From: Betaproteobacteria bacterium | Lineage (GTDB): Bacteria; Pseudomonadota; Gammaproteobacteria; Burkholderiales; JAYUZG01 | DNA length: 56,314 nucleotides | Reading direction: 5' to 3' | Assembly (NCBI GenBank): GCA_043751985.1 | Contig: JAYUZG010000010.1 | Coordinates: 1 to 56,314 of the forward strand | Part shown: piece by piece, positions 18,597 through 27,875 of the stretch | Layout of the letters: each line of letters opens with the position of its first letter | Position numbering within the stretch: position 1 is the first letter of the stretch | Translations under genes and position numbers: made by a program | Notes under the pieces: model-generated | Databases searched by the model: none | Told to the model about the DNA's origin: nothing | Seen by the model: the letters and a program-made list of their open reading frames with translations, nothing else

Positions 18597-19247
18597 GCGA
18601 TTGCTCGGAACGCGTGACGCTTCCGCGCCTTGTGCCGCAAAGACCTGAAAATCTCGCGTATCGCTGAGAATCACGCAGCCGGCCCCAATCACGTTGGCCT
18701 TGCCGATCTTGATATTGTCGCGCAGCGTTGCGTTGACTCCGATGAAACTAAATTCACCCACCTCGACCGCACCTGAGATGACGACATGCGACGCGATGAA
18801 GCAATTATCGTGAATTCGGCTGTGGTGTCCGAGATGATTGCCACTCCACATGAACACGTTGTTGCCAATGGTAGCGAAGGGTTGAACCGTGTTGTCTTCC
18901 AAGATGAAGCAATTCTCGCCCACTGACAAATCAGGAAATGTGGTCGCGCGCGGCGACACGTAACTGGCCAAGCGATATCCCAGGCTCTTCATGTGCGCGA
19001 CCTTGGCGGCGCGCAGGCGATTGACCTGCGCATAGCTCACCGCGACAAAAGCATCATGCGTTTCGGGTGAGTAACGCGTCGCGGCTTCGTCGACGGGTAT
19101 GACCGGAAGTCCGAGCAACTCGGGGGCCTTGAGATAGTCGCGGTCAACGGTAAACGCGACGGGGGAATGCGAGCCATCGTGCCGGAACATCGAGCAGGCG
19201 ATTTCCGCGAACTGCCCATTACCAAAGATTACCAGGCCCTTTTTCAT
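18582..19247 (-). CDS. NeuD/PglD-family sugar N-/O-acyltransferase (left-handed beta-helix)
   Basis: Rossmann-like N-terminus 'KGLVIFGNGQFAEIA' followed by hexapeptide repeats ('IGNNVFMWSGNHLGHHSRIHDNCFIASHVVISGAVEVGEFSFIGVNATLRDNIKIG'). The 3' end overlaps the convergent methyltransferase gene by 15 nt. Confidence 0.8.
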   Translation of the reverse strand: MKKGLVIFGNGQFAEIACSMFRHDGSHSPVAFTVDRDYLKAPELLGLPVIPVDEAATRYSPETHDAFVAVSYAQVNRLRAAKVAHMKSLGYRLASYVSPRATTFPDLSVGENCFILEDNTVQPFATIGNNVFMWSGNHLGHHSRIHDNCFIASHVVISGAVEVGEFSFIGVNATLRDNIKIGKANVIGAGCVILSDTRDFQVFAAQGAEASRVPSNRLRGI

Positions 19248-19314
19248 CGACCGTCTCCATCATGTGAGGAGGGATTTCACGACAGAGGCCTCTACGCTGC
19301 CGCTGAGAAAGAAC

Positions 19315-19390
19315 TGGCTCCCCGACCTGGACTCGAACCAGGGACCTGCGGATTAACAGTCCGACGCTCTACCGGCTGAGCTATCGGGGA
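19315..19390 (-). tRNA. tRNA-Asn (anticodon GTT), CCA encoded
   Basis: The reverse complement reads UCCCCGA-UA-GCUC-AGCCGGU-AGAGC-G-UCGGA-CUGUUAA-UCCGC-AGGUC-CCUGG-UUCGAGU-CCAGG-UCGGGGA-G-CCA. The cloverleaf folds with one 27:43 mismatch. Length 76 nt. Confidence 0.92.
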
Positions 19391-19490
19391 ATGGGCATTT
19401 GAAGCGGCCACCACCGACGTGGGGCCAAGAACGCGGCGCATTCTAAAGCGCGCCGGGCGGAGGGTCAACTAGCATCTGCACGCGAATCCT

Positions 19491-20708
19491 TCAAACGACT
19501 ACTTCGGCAATCGCGGTAGTCACGTAATCAACATTGTGTGAGTTGAGCGCAGCGACACAAATACGACCACTGTCCACTGCGTAAATGCCGAATTCATCGC
19601 GTAATCGCGCGACTTGCGCCTTGTTCAAGCCGGAATAGGAAAACATTCCACGCTGATGCTTCACGAACTCGAAGTTGGCCGCGGGCGCGCGCAACTTCAA
19701 CCCGTCCACAAATCGATTGCGCATGGCCTTGATGCGATCGCGCATTTGCGCCAGTTCCTGCTCCCACAATTGTCTTAGTTCAGCCGAATTCAGAACTTTG
19801 GCGACCACTTGTCCGCCGTGCGTCGGCGGATTGGAGTAGTTGGTGCGCACGATGCGCTTCAATTGGCTGAGGACGCGTTGCGCTTCTTCCGCGTCGCGCG
19901 CGACGACCGACAACGCACCGACCCGCTCGCCGTAAAGAGAGAACGACTTGGAAAAGGAATTGGATACCAGGAACGACAGACCGGAGTCCGCGAACAAACG
20001 TACCGGCAGCGCGTCCGCATCCAAGCCCTCGCCGAAACCTTGATACGCAAGATCAAGGAAAGGCAGCAGGCGGCGTTTGCTCGCTGTTGCAATGAGTTGA
20101 GTCCATTGTTCCGACGTGAGGTCAACCCCGGTCGGGTTGTGACAGCACACGTGCAGGAGCACCACGCTCCCCTCGGACGCGCGATCGAAGCTGGCCAGCA
20201 TGCCCTCAAAATCAACGCCGCGAGTAGAGGCTTGGTAGTAAGGGTAGCTGCTCACGACCAAGCCGGCGCTCTCAAACAACGCGCGGTGATTTTCCCAACT
20301 GGGGTCGCTGATCAATACTTGCGATTGGGGGAGCAGGCGACGCAGGAAATCGGCGCCGACTTTAAGACCCCCCGTACCGCCGAGAGTCTGCACGGTGACG
20401 ATACGGCCGCTTTGAGTGGCAGCGGATGCGGCGCCAAATACCAGCACCTGCACCGCTTTGTCGTACACGGCGAGGCCATCGATCGGCAGGTAACTGCGCG
20501 GCGCGGCCTGAAACACTAATTCCTGTTCCGCGCGTCGTACGCACTCGAGCAACGGGACTTTGCCCTGATCGTCGTAGTACACGCCGACGCCAAGATTGAC
20601 CTTGCGCGGATTCTTGTCGGCGTGGAAGGTTTCGGTGAGCCCAAGAATTGGGTCACGCGGGGCCATTTCAATGGCGGAGAAGTAAGAAGGGGGCTGAGAT
20701 GAAGTCAT
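19491..20708 (-). CDS. Aromatic / aspartate aminotransferase (class I, AspC/TyrB type)
   Basis: 'APRDPILGL', 'NLGVGVYYDD', 'HNPTG', 'SNSFSKSFSLYGERVG' (PLP lysine) and 'RTNYSNPP' are present. Confidence 0.9.
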   Translation of the reverse strand: MTSSQPPSYFSAIEMAPRDPILGLTETFHADKNPRKVNLGVGVYYDDQGKVPLLECVRRAEQELVFQAAPRSYLPIDGLAVYDKAVQVLVFGAASAATQSGRIVTVQTLGGTGGLKVGADFLRRLLPQSQVLISDPSWENHRALFESAGLVVSSYPYYQASTRGVDFEGMLASFDRASEGSVVLLHVCCHNPTGVDLTSEQWTQLIATASKRRLLPFLDLAYQGFGEGLDADALPVRLFADSGLSFLVSNSFSKSFSLYGERVGALSVVARDAEEAQRVLSQLKRIVRTNYSNPPTHGGQVVAKVLNSAELRQLWEQELAQMRDRIKAMRNRFVDGLKLRAPAANFEFVKHQRGMFSYSGLNKAQVARLRDEFGIYAVDSGRICVAALNSHNVDYVTTAIAEVVV

Positions 20709-20750
20709 CTGCTAAACTGAAACGTTATTCTTCGGCGCGCGCATTTTACC

Positions 20751-22850
20751 TTGATCGTTACTTATCCCAACAGTCCGTTTCGGCTCAATCAGCCATTTCT
20801 GCCTGCGGGTGACCAGCCGGAGGCCATAGACAAGCTGGTGGAGGGTCTCAGCGATGGACTGGCTTTTCAAACGCTGCTGGGGGTCACCGGATCCGGCAAG
20901 ACTTTCACCATGGCCAACGTCATCGCGCGCATCGGCCGACCGGCGTTGATCCTCGCACCGAACAAGACGCTGGCGGCCCAGTTGTATTCGGAGATGCGCG
21001 AGTTCTTGCCGGAAAGCGCGGTGGAGTATTTCGTGTCTTACTACGATTACTACCAGCCGGAAGCCTACGTTCCGTCGCGCGATCTGTTTATCGAGAAAGA
21101 CTCGAGTATCAACGAGCATATCGAGCAAATGCGTCTGTCCGCCACCAAGTCGCTGCTGGAACGCGCCGACTGCGTCATCGTCGCCTCCGTCTCCTGCATC
21201 TATGGCATCGGCGACCCAGTGGATTATCACGGCATGATCTTGCATCTGCGCGAGCACGAACGGATGAATCAGCGCGAGATCATTGGGCGACTGGCGGACA
21301 TGCAATACGAGCGCAACGAGTTGGACTTCCGCCGCGGGGTATTTCGAGTTCGCGGCGATGTGCTGGATGTATTTCCGGCAGAGAGTTCGGAGGTCGCGCT
21401 GCGCATCAGCCTGTTCGACGACGAAATCGAAACGCTGACGCTATTTGATCCGCTGACCGGACACGTCATGCACAAGGTGCCCCGCTATACCGTGTATCCG
21501 TCGAGTCATTACGTGACGCCACGGGCGACGACGCTGCGCGCGATCGAAACGATTAAGTTGGAACTGCGCGAGCGCATCGAAACTTTTCAGACGTCGGGCA
21601 AACTGCTGGAGGCGCAGCGCATCGAGCAGCGCACTCGATTCGATCTGGAGATGCTGAACGAACTGGGGTTTTGCAAAGGCATCGAAAATTACTCCCGGCA
21701 TCTTTCCGGGCGCAAGCCAGGCGAACCGCCGCCGACGCTGCTGGACTACCTTCCGCGTAACGCGCTGCTGATCATCGACGAGAGTCACGTGACGGTACCG
21801 CAAGTCGGCGCCATGTATAAGGGTGATCGCGCGCGTAAGGAAAATTTGGTGGACTATGGCTTTCGCTTGCCTTCGGCGCTTGACAATCGGCCGTTGCGCT
21901 TCGAGGAATTCGAGCAAATTATTCCGCAAACTGTATTTGTATCGGCGACGCCGTCCGAATACGAGAGAACCCATCAAGGCCAAGTGGTCGAACAGTTGGT
22001 GCGCCCCACCGGTTTGATCGATCCGCAGGTTCGCATCGACCCGGCTTCATCTCAAGTGGATCACTTACTGTCCGAGATAACCGAGCGGGTGGGCCGCAAC
22101 GAACGGGTATTGGTGACCACGCTCACCAAGCGCATGGCCGAGGAACTCACTGACTATTTGTCGGATCACGGCGTAAAAGTCCGCTATCTGCATTCCGACA
22201 TCGAGACGGTGGAGCGGGTCGAGATCATCCGCGATTTGCGTCTAGGAATGTTCGATGTGCTGGTCGGAATCAATTTATTGAGAGAAGGGCTGGATATTCC
22301 GGAGGTTTCTCTGGTGGCGATTCTCGACGCCGACAAGGAAGGATTTCTACGCTCCGAGCGCTCGCTGATTCAAACCATCGGCCGCGCGGCGCGGCATATT
22401 CACGGCACGGCGATTTTGTACGCGGACCGCGTTACCGAATCGATGCGCAAAGCCATCTCGGAGACCGATCGGCGCAGGACCAGGCAAATCGCGCATAACT
22501 TGGCGCAGGGCATCGAACCCAAGGGGATCATAAAGCGCATCAAAGATCTGATCGACGGCGCTTATGAGCCGCAAGCGGCACAGTTGCAACTGAAGGCGGC
22601 CCAGGCGTTAGCGCAATACGACTTGATGGATGAGAAAGAGCTCGCCAAGGAGATGAAGCGTCTGGAGAAGGAGATGTTCACCTGCGCGAAGAACCTGGAG
22701 TTCGAGCGCGCCGCACAATTGCGCGATGACCTGAGAAAACTTCGGGACCGCTTGATTGGCGTCCCCGATCTGCCGGATGCCTCACGGCCACCGGCGGGAG
22801 GAAGCGGCGCGGACCTGCAAAAAATTTCCGCGCCTTCAGAATCCTCTTAA
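20751..22850 (+). CDS. uvrB: Excinuclease ABC subunit B
   Basis: 'PAGDQPEAI', Walker A 'GVTGSGKTF', '[10 protein letters not shown]', helicase motifs, and a C-terminal UVR domain '[17 protein letters not shown]'. TTG start. Confidence 0.95.
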   Translation: MIVTYPNSPFRLNQPFLPAGDQPEAIDKLVEGLSDGLAFQTLLGVTGSGKTFTMANVIARIGRPALILAPNKTLAAQLYSEMREFLPESAVEYFVSYYDYYQPEAYVPSRDLFIEKDSSINEHIEQMRLSATKSLLERADCVIVASVSCIYGIGDPVDYHGMILHLREHERMNQREIIGRLADMQYERNELDFRRGVFRVRGDVLDVFPAESSEVALRISLFDDEIETLTLFDPLTGHVMHKVPRYTVYPSSHYVTPRATTLRAIETIKLELRERIETFQTSGKLLEAQRIEQRTRFDLEMLNELGFCKGIENYSRHLSGRKPGEPPPTLLDYLPRNALLIIDESHVTVPQVGAMYKGDRARKENLVDYGFRLPSALDNRPLRFEEFEQIIPQTVFVSATPSEYERTHQGQVVEQLVRPTGLIDPQVRIDPASSQVDHLLSEITERVGRNERVLVTTLTKRMAEELTDYLSDHGVKVRYLHSDIETVERVEIIRDLRLGMFDVLVGINLLREGLDIPEVSLVAILDADKEGFLRSERSLIQTIGRAARHIHGTAILYADRVTESMRKAISETDRRRTRQIAHNLAQGIEPKGIIKRIKDLIDGAYEPQAAQLQLKAAQALAQYDLMDEKELAKEMKRLEKEMFTCAKNLEFERAAQLRDDLRKLRDRLIGVPDLPDASRPPAGGSGADLQKISAPSESS

Positions 22851-22864
22851 ATCAGCCCAGCCAA

Positions 22865-25504
22865 TCACTCATTGCGCGTTTCAACTTGCACCAGCGGTTC
22901 ATCGACCGGCGCGCTGGGCGCTGCGGCATGAGGCCGCGTTCTGCGCGGCCTAAAGTGGGCTTCCGTCTCCTCCAGCGAGGTTTCTGCGACACGCTCAGCC
23001 TGCGTTTCGATCTGCTGCAAGTCGGGCGGCAACACGATCGGCTCCGGCAGAACCCGCACCGGCACCGAGTGGCTTGCCGCGGGCACTTGTTCAACCGAGT
23101 CCAAGTGCGCCGGCGCCTCTGCCCGCTGCGGCGGCGAGTCGCTGACACGCGAGACTTCTGCCGAAGCTCCCACTACCATTATCGGGTCATGCAATGGTGG
23201 GTTGCCGGCCGGCAATTCAATATCCGTCGGTAGTACAGGAGAATGCTCCAGGCTTTGCGCCTCCATCGCCGCGGGTTGATGAATCTCAGGCCGTGCGTCG
23301 AGCGGCTCCATCGGCGTCGGATTCAATCGAGTCGGTGAGCTGGCAGATACGTCCTCATTCGCGTTCGGATTCGGCGCCCGTTCAGCGCCGCGATCACGCC
23401 GCCCGCGACGACGACGGCCGCGACCTTCGCCTCGTTCTTCTCGATGCTCCGCAGTGTTCTCGGCGACCAAGGCGGCGCGCTGCGGTCGACTTTGATTCGC
23501 AGGGGCGGCGGGCGCAACGGGCGCGGGAGTCGCTACACGTTCAGACGGTTTGCGATCTTCGGCGAGCGCCGGGCGGGGCGGACGCGGACCGCGCGTCTGC
23601 TCTCCCGCGGGTCGTGCACCACGCTCACCGCGATTTTCCGGCCGGCGCGCATTGCGATCACGCTCCCGGTCTCGATCCCGGCCATGCCTGCGACTATCTC
23701 GCACCGGCATTCTGGGTTTCGGTTTTTCCGCTTGTTCCTTGCGTGTCAGCCAACCGAGAATCTTGCTGAAGATCGACGGCCGAACTTCCACTGGCGCCGG
23801 CGCGGGTTGTCCCGGCGTCACGCCCTGCACGGCAGCTTGCGGCCGTGGCGGTTTTGCCTCGCTCAGACTCGGCAGCGCGATCGCCGTCTGCTCAGGAATA
23901 TCCATCATTCGGTAACTGACGGCACTTGGATCCGCTTGATTCACTTCGTCCTGGCGCAAGCGAGTGACGGTGTAGTTCGGTGTTTCAAGATGCACGTTGG
24001 GAATCAACAGAATGCTCACCTTGAGGCGCGCTTCCATCGAATGGAATTCAGCGCGCTTCTCATTCAGCAGATAGGTTGCGACATCCACCGGCACTTGCGC
24101 GTGAATGGTGGCGGTGTTCTCCTTCATCGCCTCTTCCTGCAAAATTCGCAGAATATGCAAGGCGGATGATTCGACGCCACGAATATGACCGGTGCCGTGA
24201 CAGCGCGGGCACGATATGTGGCTGGTCTCGCCGAGCGATGTCTGCAGACGTTGGCGTGATAACTCCATCAAGCCAAATCTGGATATTTTGCCCATCTGCA
24301 CGCGCGCGCGATCGTACTTGAGCGCGTCACGCAGTCGATTTTCCACGTCGCGCTGATTGCGCGCGCTTTCCATGTCGATAAAATCGATTACCACCAAACC
24401 ACCGAGATCTCGCAAACGGAGCTGGCGCGCGATTTCATCGGACGCTTCCAGATTGGTATTGAACGCAGTCTGCTCGATATCGGCGCCGCGCGTGGAGCGA
24501 GCCGAGTTGACGTCTACCGAAACCAATGCTTCGGTATGATCGATTACGATCGCTCCACCCGAAGGGAGAGGCACCTGACGCGAATAAGCGGTCTCGATTT
24601 GATGTTCGATCTGAAAGCGCGAAAACAGAGGAACGTCGTCGCGGTAAAACTTGACCCGGCTCACGTTGGCCGGCATCACGTGGCTCATGAACTGTCGGGC
24701 CTGCTCATAGATGGCTTCGGTGTCGATCAGAATTTCGCCGATTTCCTGATGAAAATAATCGCGAATCGCGCGAATCACCAAACTGCCTTCTTCGAAGATG
24801 AGAAAGGGAGCAGGATTGGCGCGTTTATTCGCCGCGCCGGTTTCAGATCTAGGTGAAGAGGTGAACTCGGGCTGCTCGCTTGCGGACCGGTTTTTTTCAA
24901 ATTTGGCTTCGGCCGCCGAATCGATCGCTTCCCACAGTTTTAGCAGGTAGCTCAGATCCCAGTTGAGCTCCTCCGCGGAACGGCCAATACCGGCGGTGCG
25001 CGCGATGATGCTCATGCAAGCCGGAATCTCAAGTTGCGAGATGGTGTCGCGCAACTCGTTGCGCTCCTCGCCCTCGACGCGACGCGATACTCCGCCGCCG
25101 CGCGGGTTGTTGGGCATGAGAACGAGATAGCGTCCTGCAAGACTGACGAAGGTGGTGAGCGCGGCGCCTTTGTTGCCGCGTTCGTCTTTCTCCACCTGAA
25201 CCACTAACTCTTGCCCCTCGCGCAACGCGTCTTGAATTCGCGCTCTCGCGGGATCGGCGTCCGGATTCTGAAAATACGAACGGCTTACTTCTTTGAACGA
25301 CAGAAAACCATGCCGTTCGCTGCCGTAATCTACAAACGCCGCTTCCAGACTCGGTTCGATTCGGGTAATGACACCTTTGTATATATTGCTCTTGCGTTGT
25401 TCCTTGCCTGCAGTTTCGATGTCGAGGTCGATGAGTTTTTGCCCATCGACGATTGCAACTCGCAGTTCCTCTGCGTGGGTCGCATTGAATAGCATTCGCT
25501 TCAT
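22865..25504 (-). CDS. rne: Ribonuclease E
   Basis: N-terminus 'MKRMLFNATHAEELRVAIVDGQKL..DLDIE', S1 domain 'NIYKGVITRIEPSLEAAFVDYG', and Zn-link 'CPRCHGTGHIR'. The long Arg/Pro/Glu-rich C-terminal scaffold is typical. Start set at the internal ATG. Confidence 0.93.
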   Translation of the reverse strand: MKRMLFNATHAEELRVAIVDGQKLIDLDIETAGKEQRKSNIYKGVITRIEPSLEAAFVDYGSERHGFLSFKEVSRSYFQNPDADPARARIQDALREGQELVVQVEKDERGNKGAALTTFVSLAGRYLVLMPNNPRGGGVSRRVEGEERNELRDTISQLEIPACMSIIARTAGIGRSAEELNWDLSYLLKLWEAIDSAAEAKFEKNRSASEQPEFTSSPRSETGAANKRANPAPFLIFEEGSLVIRAIRDYFHQEIGEILIDTEAIYEQARQFMSHVMPANVSRVKFYRDDVPLFSRFQIEHQIETAYSRQVPLPSGGAIVIDHTEALVSVDVNSARSTRGADIEQTAFNTNLEASDEIARQLRLRDLGGLVVIDFIDMESARNQRDVENRLRDALKYDRARVQMGKISRFGLMELSRQRLQTSLGETSHISCPRCHGTGHIRGVESSALHILRILQEEAMKENTATIHAQVPVDVATYLLNEKRAEFHSMEARLKVSILLIPNVHLETPNYTVTRLRQDEVNQADPSAVSYRMMDIPEQTAIALPSLSEAKPPRPQAAVQGVTPGQPAPAPVEVRPSIFSKILGWLTRKEQAEKPKPRMPVRDSRRHGRDRDRERDRNARRPENRGERGARPAGEQTRGPRPPRPALAEDRKPSERVATPAPVAPAAPANQSRPQRAALVAENTAEHREERGEGRGRRRRGRRDRGAERAPNPNANEDVSASSPTRLNPTPMEPLDARPEIHQPAAMEAQSLEHSPVLPTDIELPAGNPPLHDPIMVVGASAEVSRVSDSPPQRAEAPAHLDSVEQVPAASHSVPVRVLPEPIVLPPDLQQIETQAERVAETSLEETEAHFRPRRTRPHAAAPSAPVDEPLVQVETRNE

Positions 25505-25888
25505 TTTTGTTCTCCCGCGCTCGCTTCGCCTGACGGGAGGACAAACCACGGTACCTTACCTAAGGTGCCTTTGGGAATTCAGCTTTCCATAACGGTTTCG
25601 GTATTGTTCGCATGGTTCGAAAGAAAAGTGATTCTAGGGTTTGTCATTATCGATTATGGCGCCTGCGCGCCGAACCGGTTGCATCCAACAGTGTGCGTGG
25701 AGCGCGTAATACCTTTACCATCGCTACTTAGGCGGGTGAGCGAAGTTAACCCGTGTCTCAGTCGGCACATCTCGTGTCGACTTGAATATTGTTGCTAAGT
25801 TCGGCGCCCGATGACGAGCATCGGTGCGTCCCGCTTGTCGGCTGAATGTTCTGATTCCAAACTGACCGCTCCCAATAGTATAAGCAAA
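25505..25888 (-). promoter_or_regulatory. Long rne 5' leader and divergent rne/rluC promoter region with stem-loops
   Basis: 384-nt non-coding gap. CTCCCG (25512-25517) pairs with CGGGAG (25534-25539), and the arm at 25512-25517 carries the rne Shine-Dalgarno sequence on the minus strand. A second hairpin lies at 25550-25569. Confidence 0.4.
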
Positions 25889-26881
25889 ATGAACACCTTA
25901 AGCAAAGTTGCGGCGATCTGGAACGAAATCGACGAGGCGAGCGAGGATCAACGCATCGATAACTACCTGCTGAAGACATTGAAAGGAGTGCCGAAGAGCC
26001 ATGTCTATCGCGTGCTGCGCAGTGGCGAGGTGCGAGTGAACAGCGGCCGGGTGCAGGCGGACTACCGGTTACGCCGGGGCGATAAGGTGCGCATCCCACC
26101 CATGCGCATCGGCGCTACCTTGAGCAACGCTCTGCCGCAGGCCAGTTCAAAGGCAGTACTGCAAGCCAATGTGTTGTACGAGGACGAGCATCTCCTCGCG
26201 TTGGACAAACCTGCGGGCATGGCGGTGCATGGTGGCAGCGGGATTTGTCTCGGAGTAATCGAGCAGTTGCGAGCGGAGCGGCCTGACGCCAAGTTTCTCG
26301 AGTTGGTGCATAGGTTGGATCGCGACACCTCCGGTTGTTTGCTGATTGCCAAAAAGCGACGTGCGTTGATTGCGATGCACGCGGCACTTCGAGACGGCAG
26401 GATGGAAAAGCGCTATTTGGCGCTGGTTAAAGGTGAGTGGAGCAAGAAAAAACTGAAAATCGAGTTGGCGTTGCATAAGTTCGTTAACTCAGAAGGGGAG
26501 CGGCGGGTGGTGGTGCACGATGATGGGCAAGCGGCAATCACGCTGATTACCTTGCGTCAGTCGTGGCAGGAATGCAGTCTGCTCGGTGTGCAACTTAAGA
26601 CTGGCCGCACGCACCAGATTCGAGTGCATCTCGCGCATCTTGGTCACCCCATCGCCGGCGACGACAAGTATGGCGATTTTTCCTGGAATCGAGAGCTGGC
26701 ACGAAACGGTGCGAAGCGGATGTTTCTGCACGCCGAGTCGCTCACCCTGATGCACCCCGAGTCCGGCGCCAAACTGAACTTGGTGTCGCAAATGCCGGCC
26801 CCCATGCAGGTCTTCGTCAGCGCGCTGGGGGGTCCCTTGCAGGGTAACTTCGACAGCCCGCAGAAAATATCCGAACCGTGA
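25889..26881 (+). CDS. rluC: 23S rRNA pseudouridine synthase RluC
   Basis: S4 domain 'QRIDNYLLKTLKGVPKSHVYRVLRSGEVRVN' and the RluA-family catalytic motif 'HRLDRDTSGCLLIAK'. Divergent from rne, as in E. coli. Confidence 0.85.
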   Translation: MNTLSKVAAIWNEIDEASEDQRIDNYLLKTLKGVPKSHVYRVLRSGEVRVNSGRVQADYRLRRGDKVRIPPMRIGATLSNALPQASSKAVLQANVLYEDEHLLALDKPAGMAVHGGSGICLGVIEQLRAERPDAKFLELVHRLDRDTSGCLLIAKKRRALIAMHAALRDGRMEKRYLALVKGEWSKKKLKIELALHKFVNSEGERRVVVHDDGQAAITLITLRQSWQECSLLGVQLKTGRTHQIRVHLAHLGHPIAGDDKYGDFSWNRELARNGAKRMFLHAESLTLMHPESGAKLNLVSQMPAPMQVFVSALGGPLQGNFDSPQKISEP

Positions 26882-27534
26882 AGCGCGCTTTCGATCTGAT
26901 CGTGTTTGACTGGGATGGCACCTTGGTCGATTCCACCGCGCACATCGCCGTCAGTTTGCAGCGGTCCTGTGTAGACCTGGGAATCGCGGCCCCAAGCGAT
27001 AGCAGCGCACGCTACGTAATCGGATTGGGGTTCGAGGATGCGATCCGGCATGTAGCACCGGACTTACCCGCAAGCCGCTACCCGGAACTGGTGAACCGCT
27101 ACCGCGTTCACTATGTTTCGGGCGAGGAGACCGTGGTGATGTTTCCTGGCGTGACGCGAGGACTGCGGGAGTTACGAGCAGGCGGCCACTTAATTGCGAT
27201 TGCCACGGGTAAAAGCAGGCGCGGTTTGGATCGAGCATTGGCCCTGACCAGTCTCGATCAATATACAGATGCCAGTCGCTGTGCCGATGAGGGCTTTGCC
27301 AAGCCACATCCCGGCATGCTGCTTTGGCTCATGCAGGAATTGGCCGTTGCGCCGGCGCGCACCCTGATGGTCGGCGATACCACTCACGACCTGCAGATGG
27401 CGCGCAGTGCAGGCGTGAGTGCAGTCGCTGCCACCTATGGTGCGCATTCGAGAGATATGTTGGAGGAGCACGAACCCGTCGCGTGCCTCGCAAGCTTTAA
27501 GGAATTTTTGCAATGGATGAGAAGCGCCGCCTGA
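26878..27534 (+). CDS. HAD-superfamily hydrolase (phosphoglycolate phosphatase-like)
   Basis: Motif I 'VFDWDGTLVDS', 'ATGKSR', 'MVGDTTHDLQMA'. The GTG start overlaps the rluC stop. Confidence 0.8.
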   Translation: MKRAFDLIVFDWDGTLVDSTAHIAVSLQRSCVDLGIAAPSDSSARYVIGLGFEDAIRHVAPDLPASRYPELVNRYRVHYVSGEETVVMFPGVTRGLRELRAGGHLIAIATGKSRRGLDRALALTSLDQYTDASRCADEGFAKPHPGMLLWLMQELAVAPARTLMVGDTTHDLQMARSAGVSAVAATYGAHSRDMLEEHEPVACLASFKEFLQWMRSAA

Positions 27535-27875
27535 TCTGCGCCTCACGTGATCTCGAAGAGCGCGGGAAGGGCGTGCGCTTCGAAATAGCAGCAGAGCACA
27601 GTGCCTTCGCCGTCCGTTACCGGGGTCGCGTTTACGCGTATTTGAATCGGTGCGCGCACATTTCAGTCGAACTTGATTGGGCCGCCGGAGAGTTTTTTGA
27701 TTTCACCGGCTCCCATTTGATTTGCGCGACCCACGGCGCGCTGTATGCCCCCGATTCTGGAAAATGTCTCGGCGGTCCGTGCCATGGCGGCGGGCTGACG
27801 CGGCTGGAGGTCGAGGAAATCGACGGCAATCTTTATCTAATTTACGGGCCAGAAAATGGAAATCAATCCGAGTAA
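27513..27875 (+). CDS. Small Rieske (2Fe-2S) domain protein
   Basis: 'CAH' (in NRCAHISVELD) and 'CATHGALY' give C-x-H...C-x-x-H. Confidence 0.8.
   Translation: MDEKRRLICASRDLEERGKGVRFEIAAEHSAFAVRYRGRVYAYLNRCAHISVELDWAAGEFFDFTGSHLICATHGALYAPDSGKCLGGPCHGGGLTRLEVEEIDGNLYLIYGPENGNQSE

Noticed and set aside
20709-20750. Possible LexA (SOS) box in the short divergent aminotransferase/uvrB promoter region
   Set aside because: No CTGT-N8-ACAG-type palindrome is present in GCTAAACTGAAACGTTATTCTTCGGCGCGCGCATTTTACC.
22865-23800. Repetitive-looking GC-rich stretch (runs of CGC/GCG/CGG) that could suggest a tandem repeat or array
   Set aside because: It is in frame with rne and encodes the Arg/Pro/Glu-rich C-terminal scaffold typical of RNase E ('RDRDRERDRNARRPENRGERG...'). 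No regular DNA period or spacer structure is visible.
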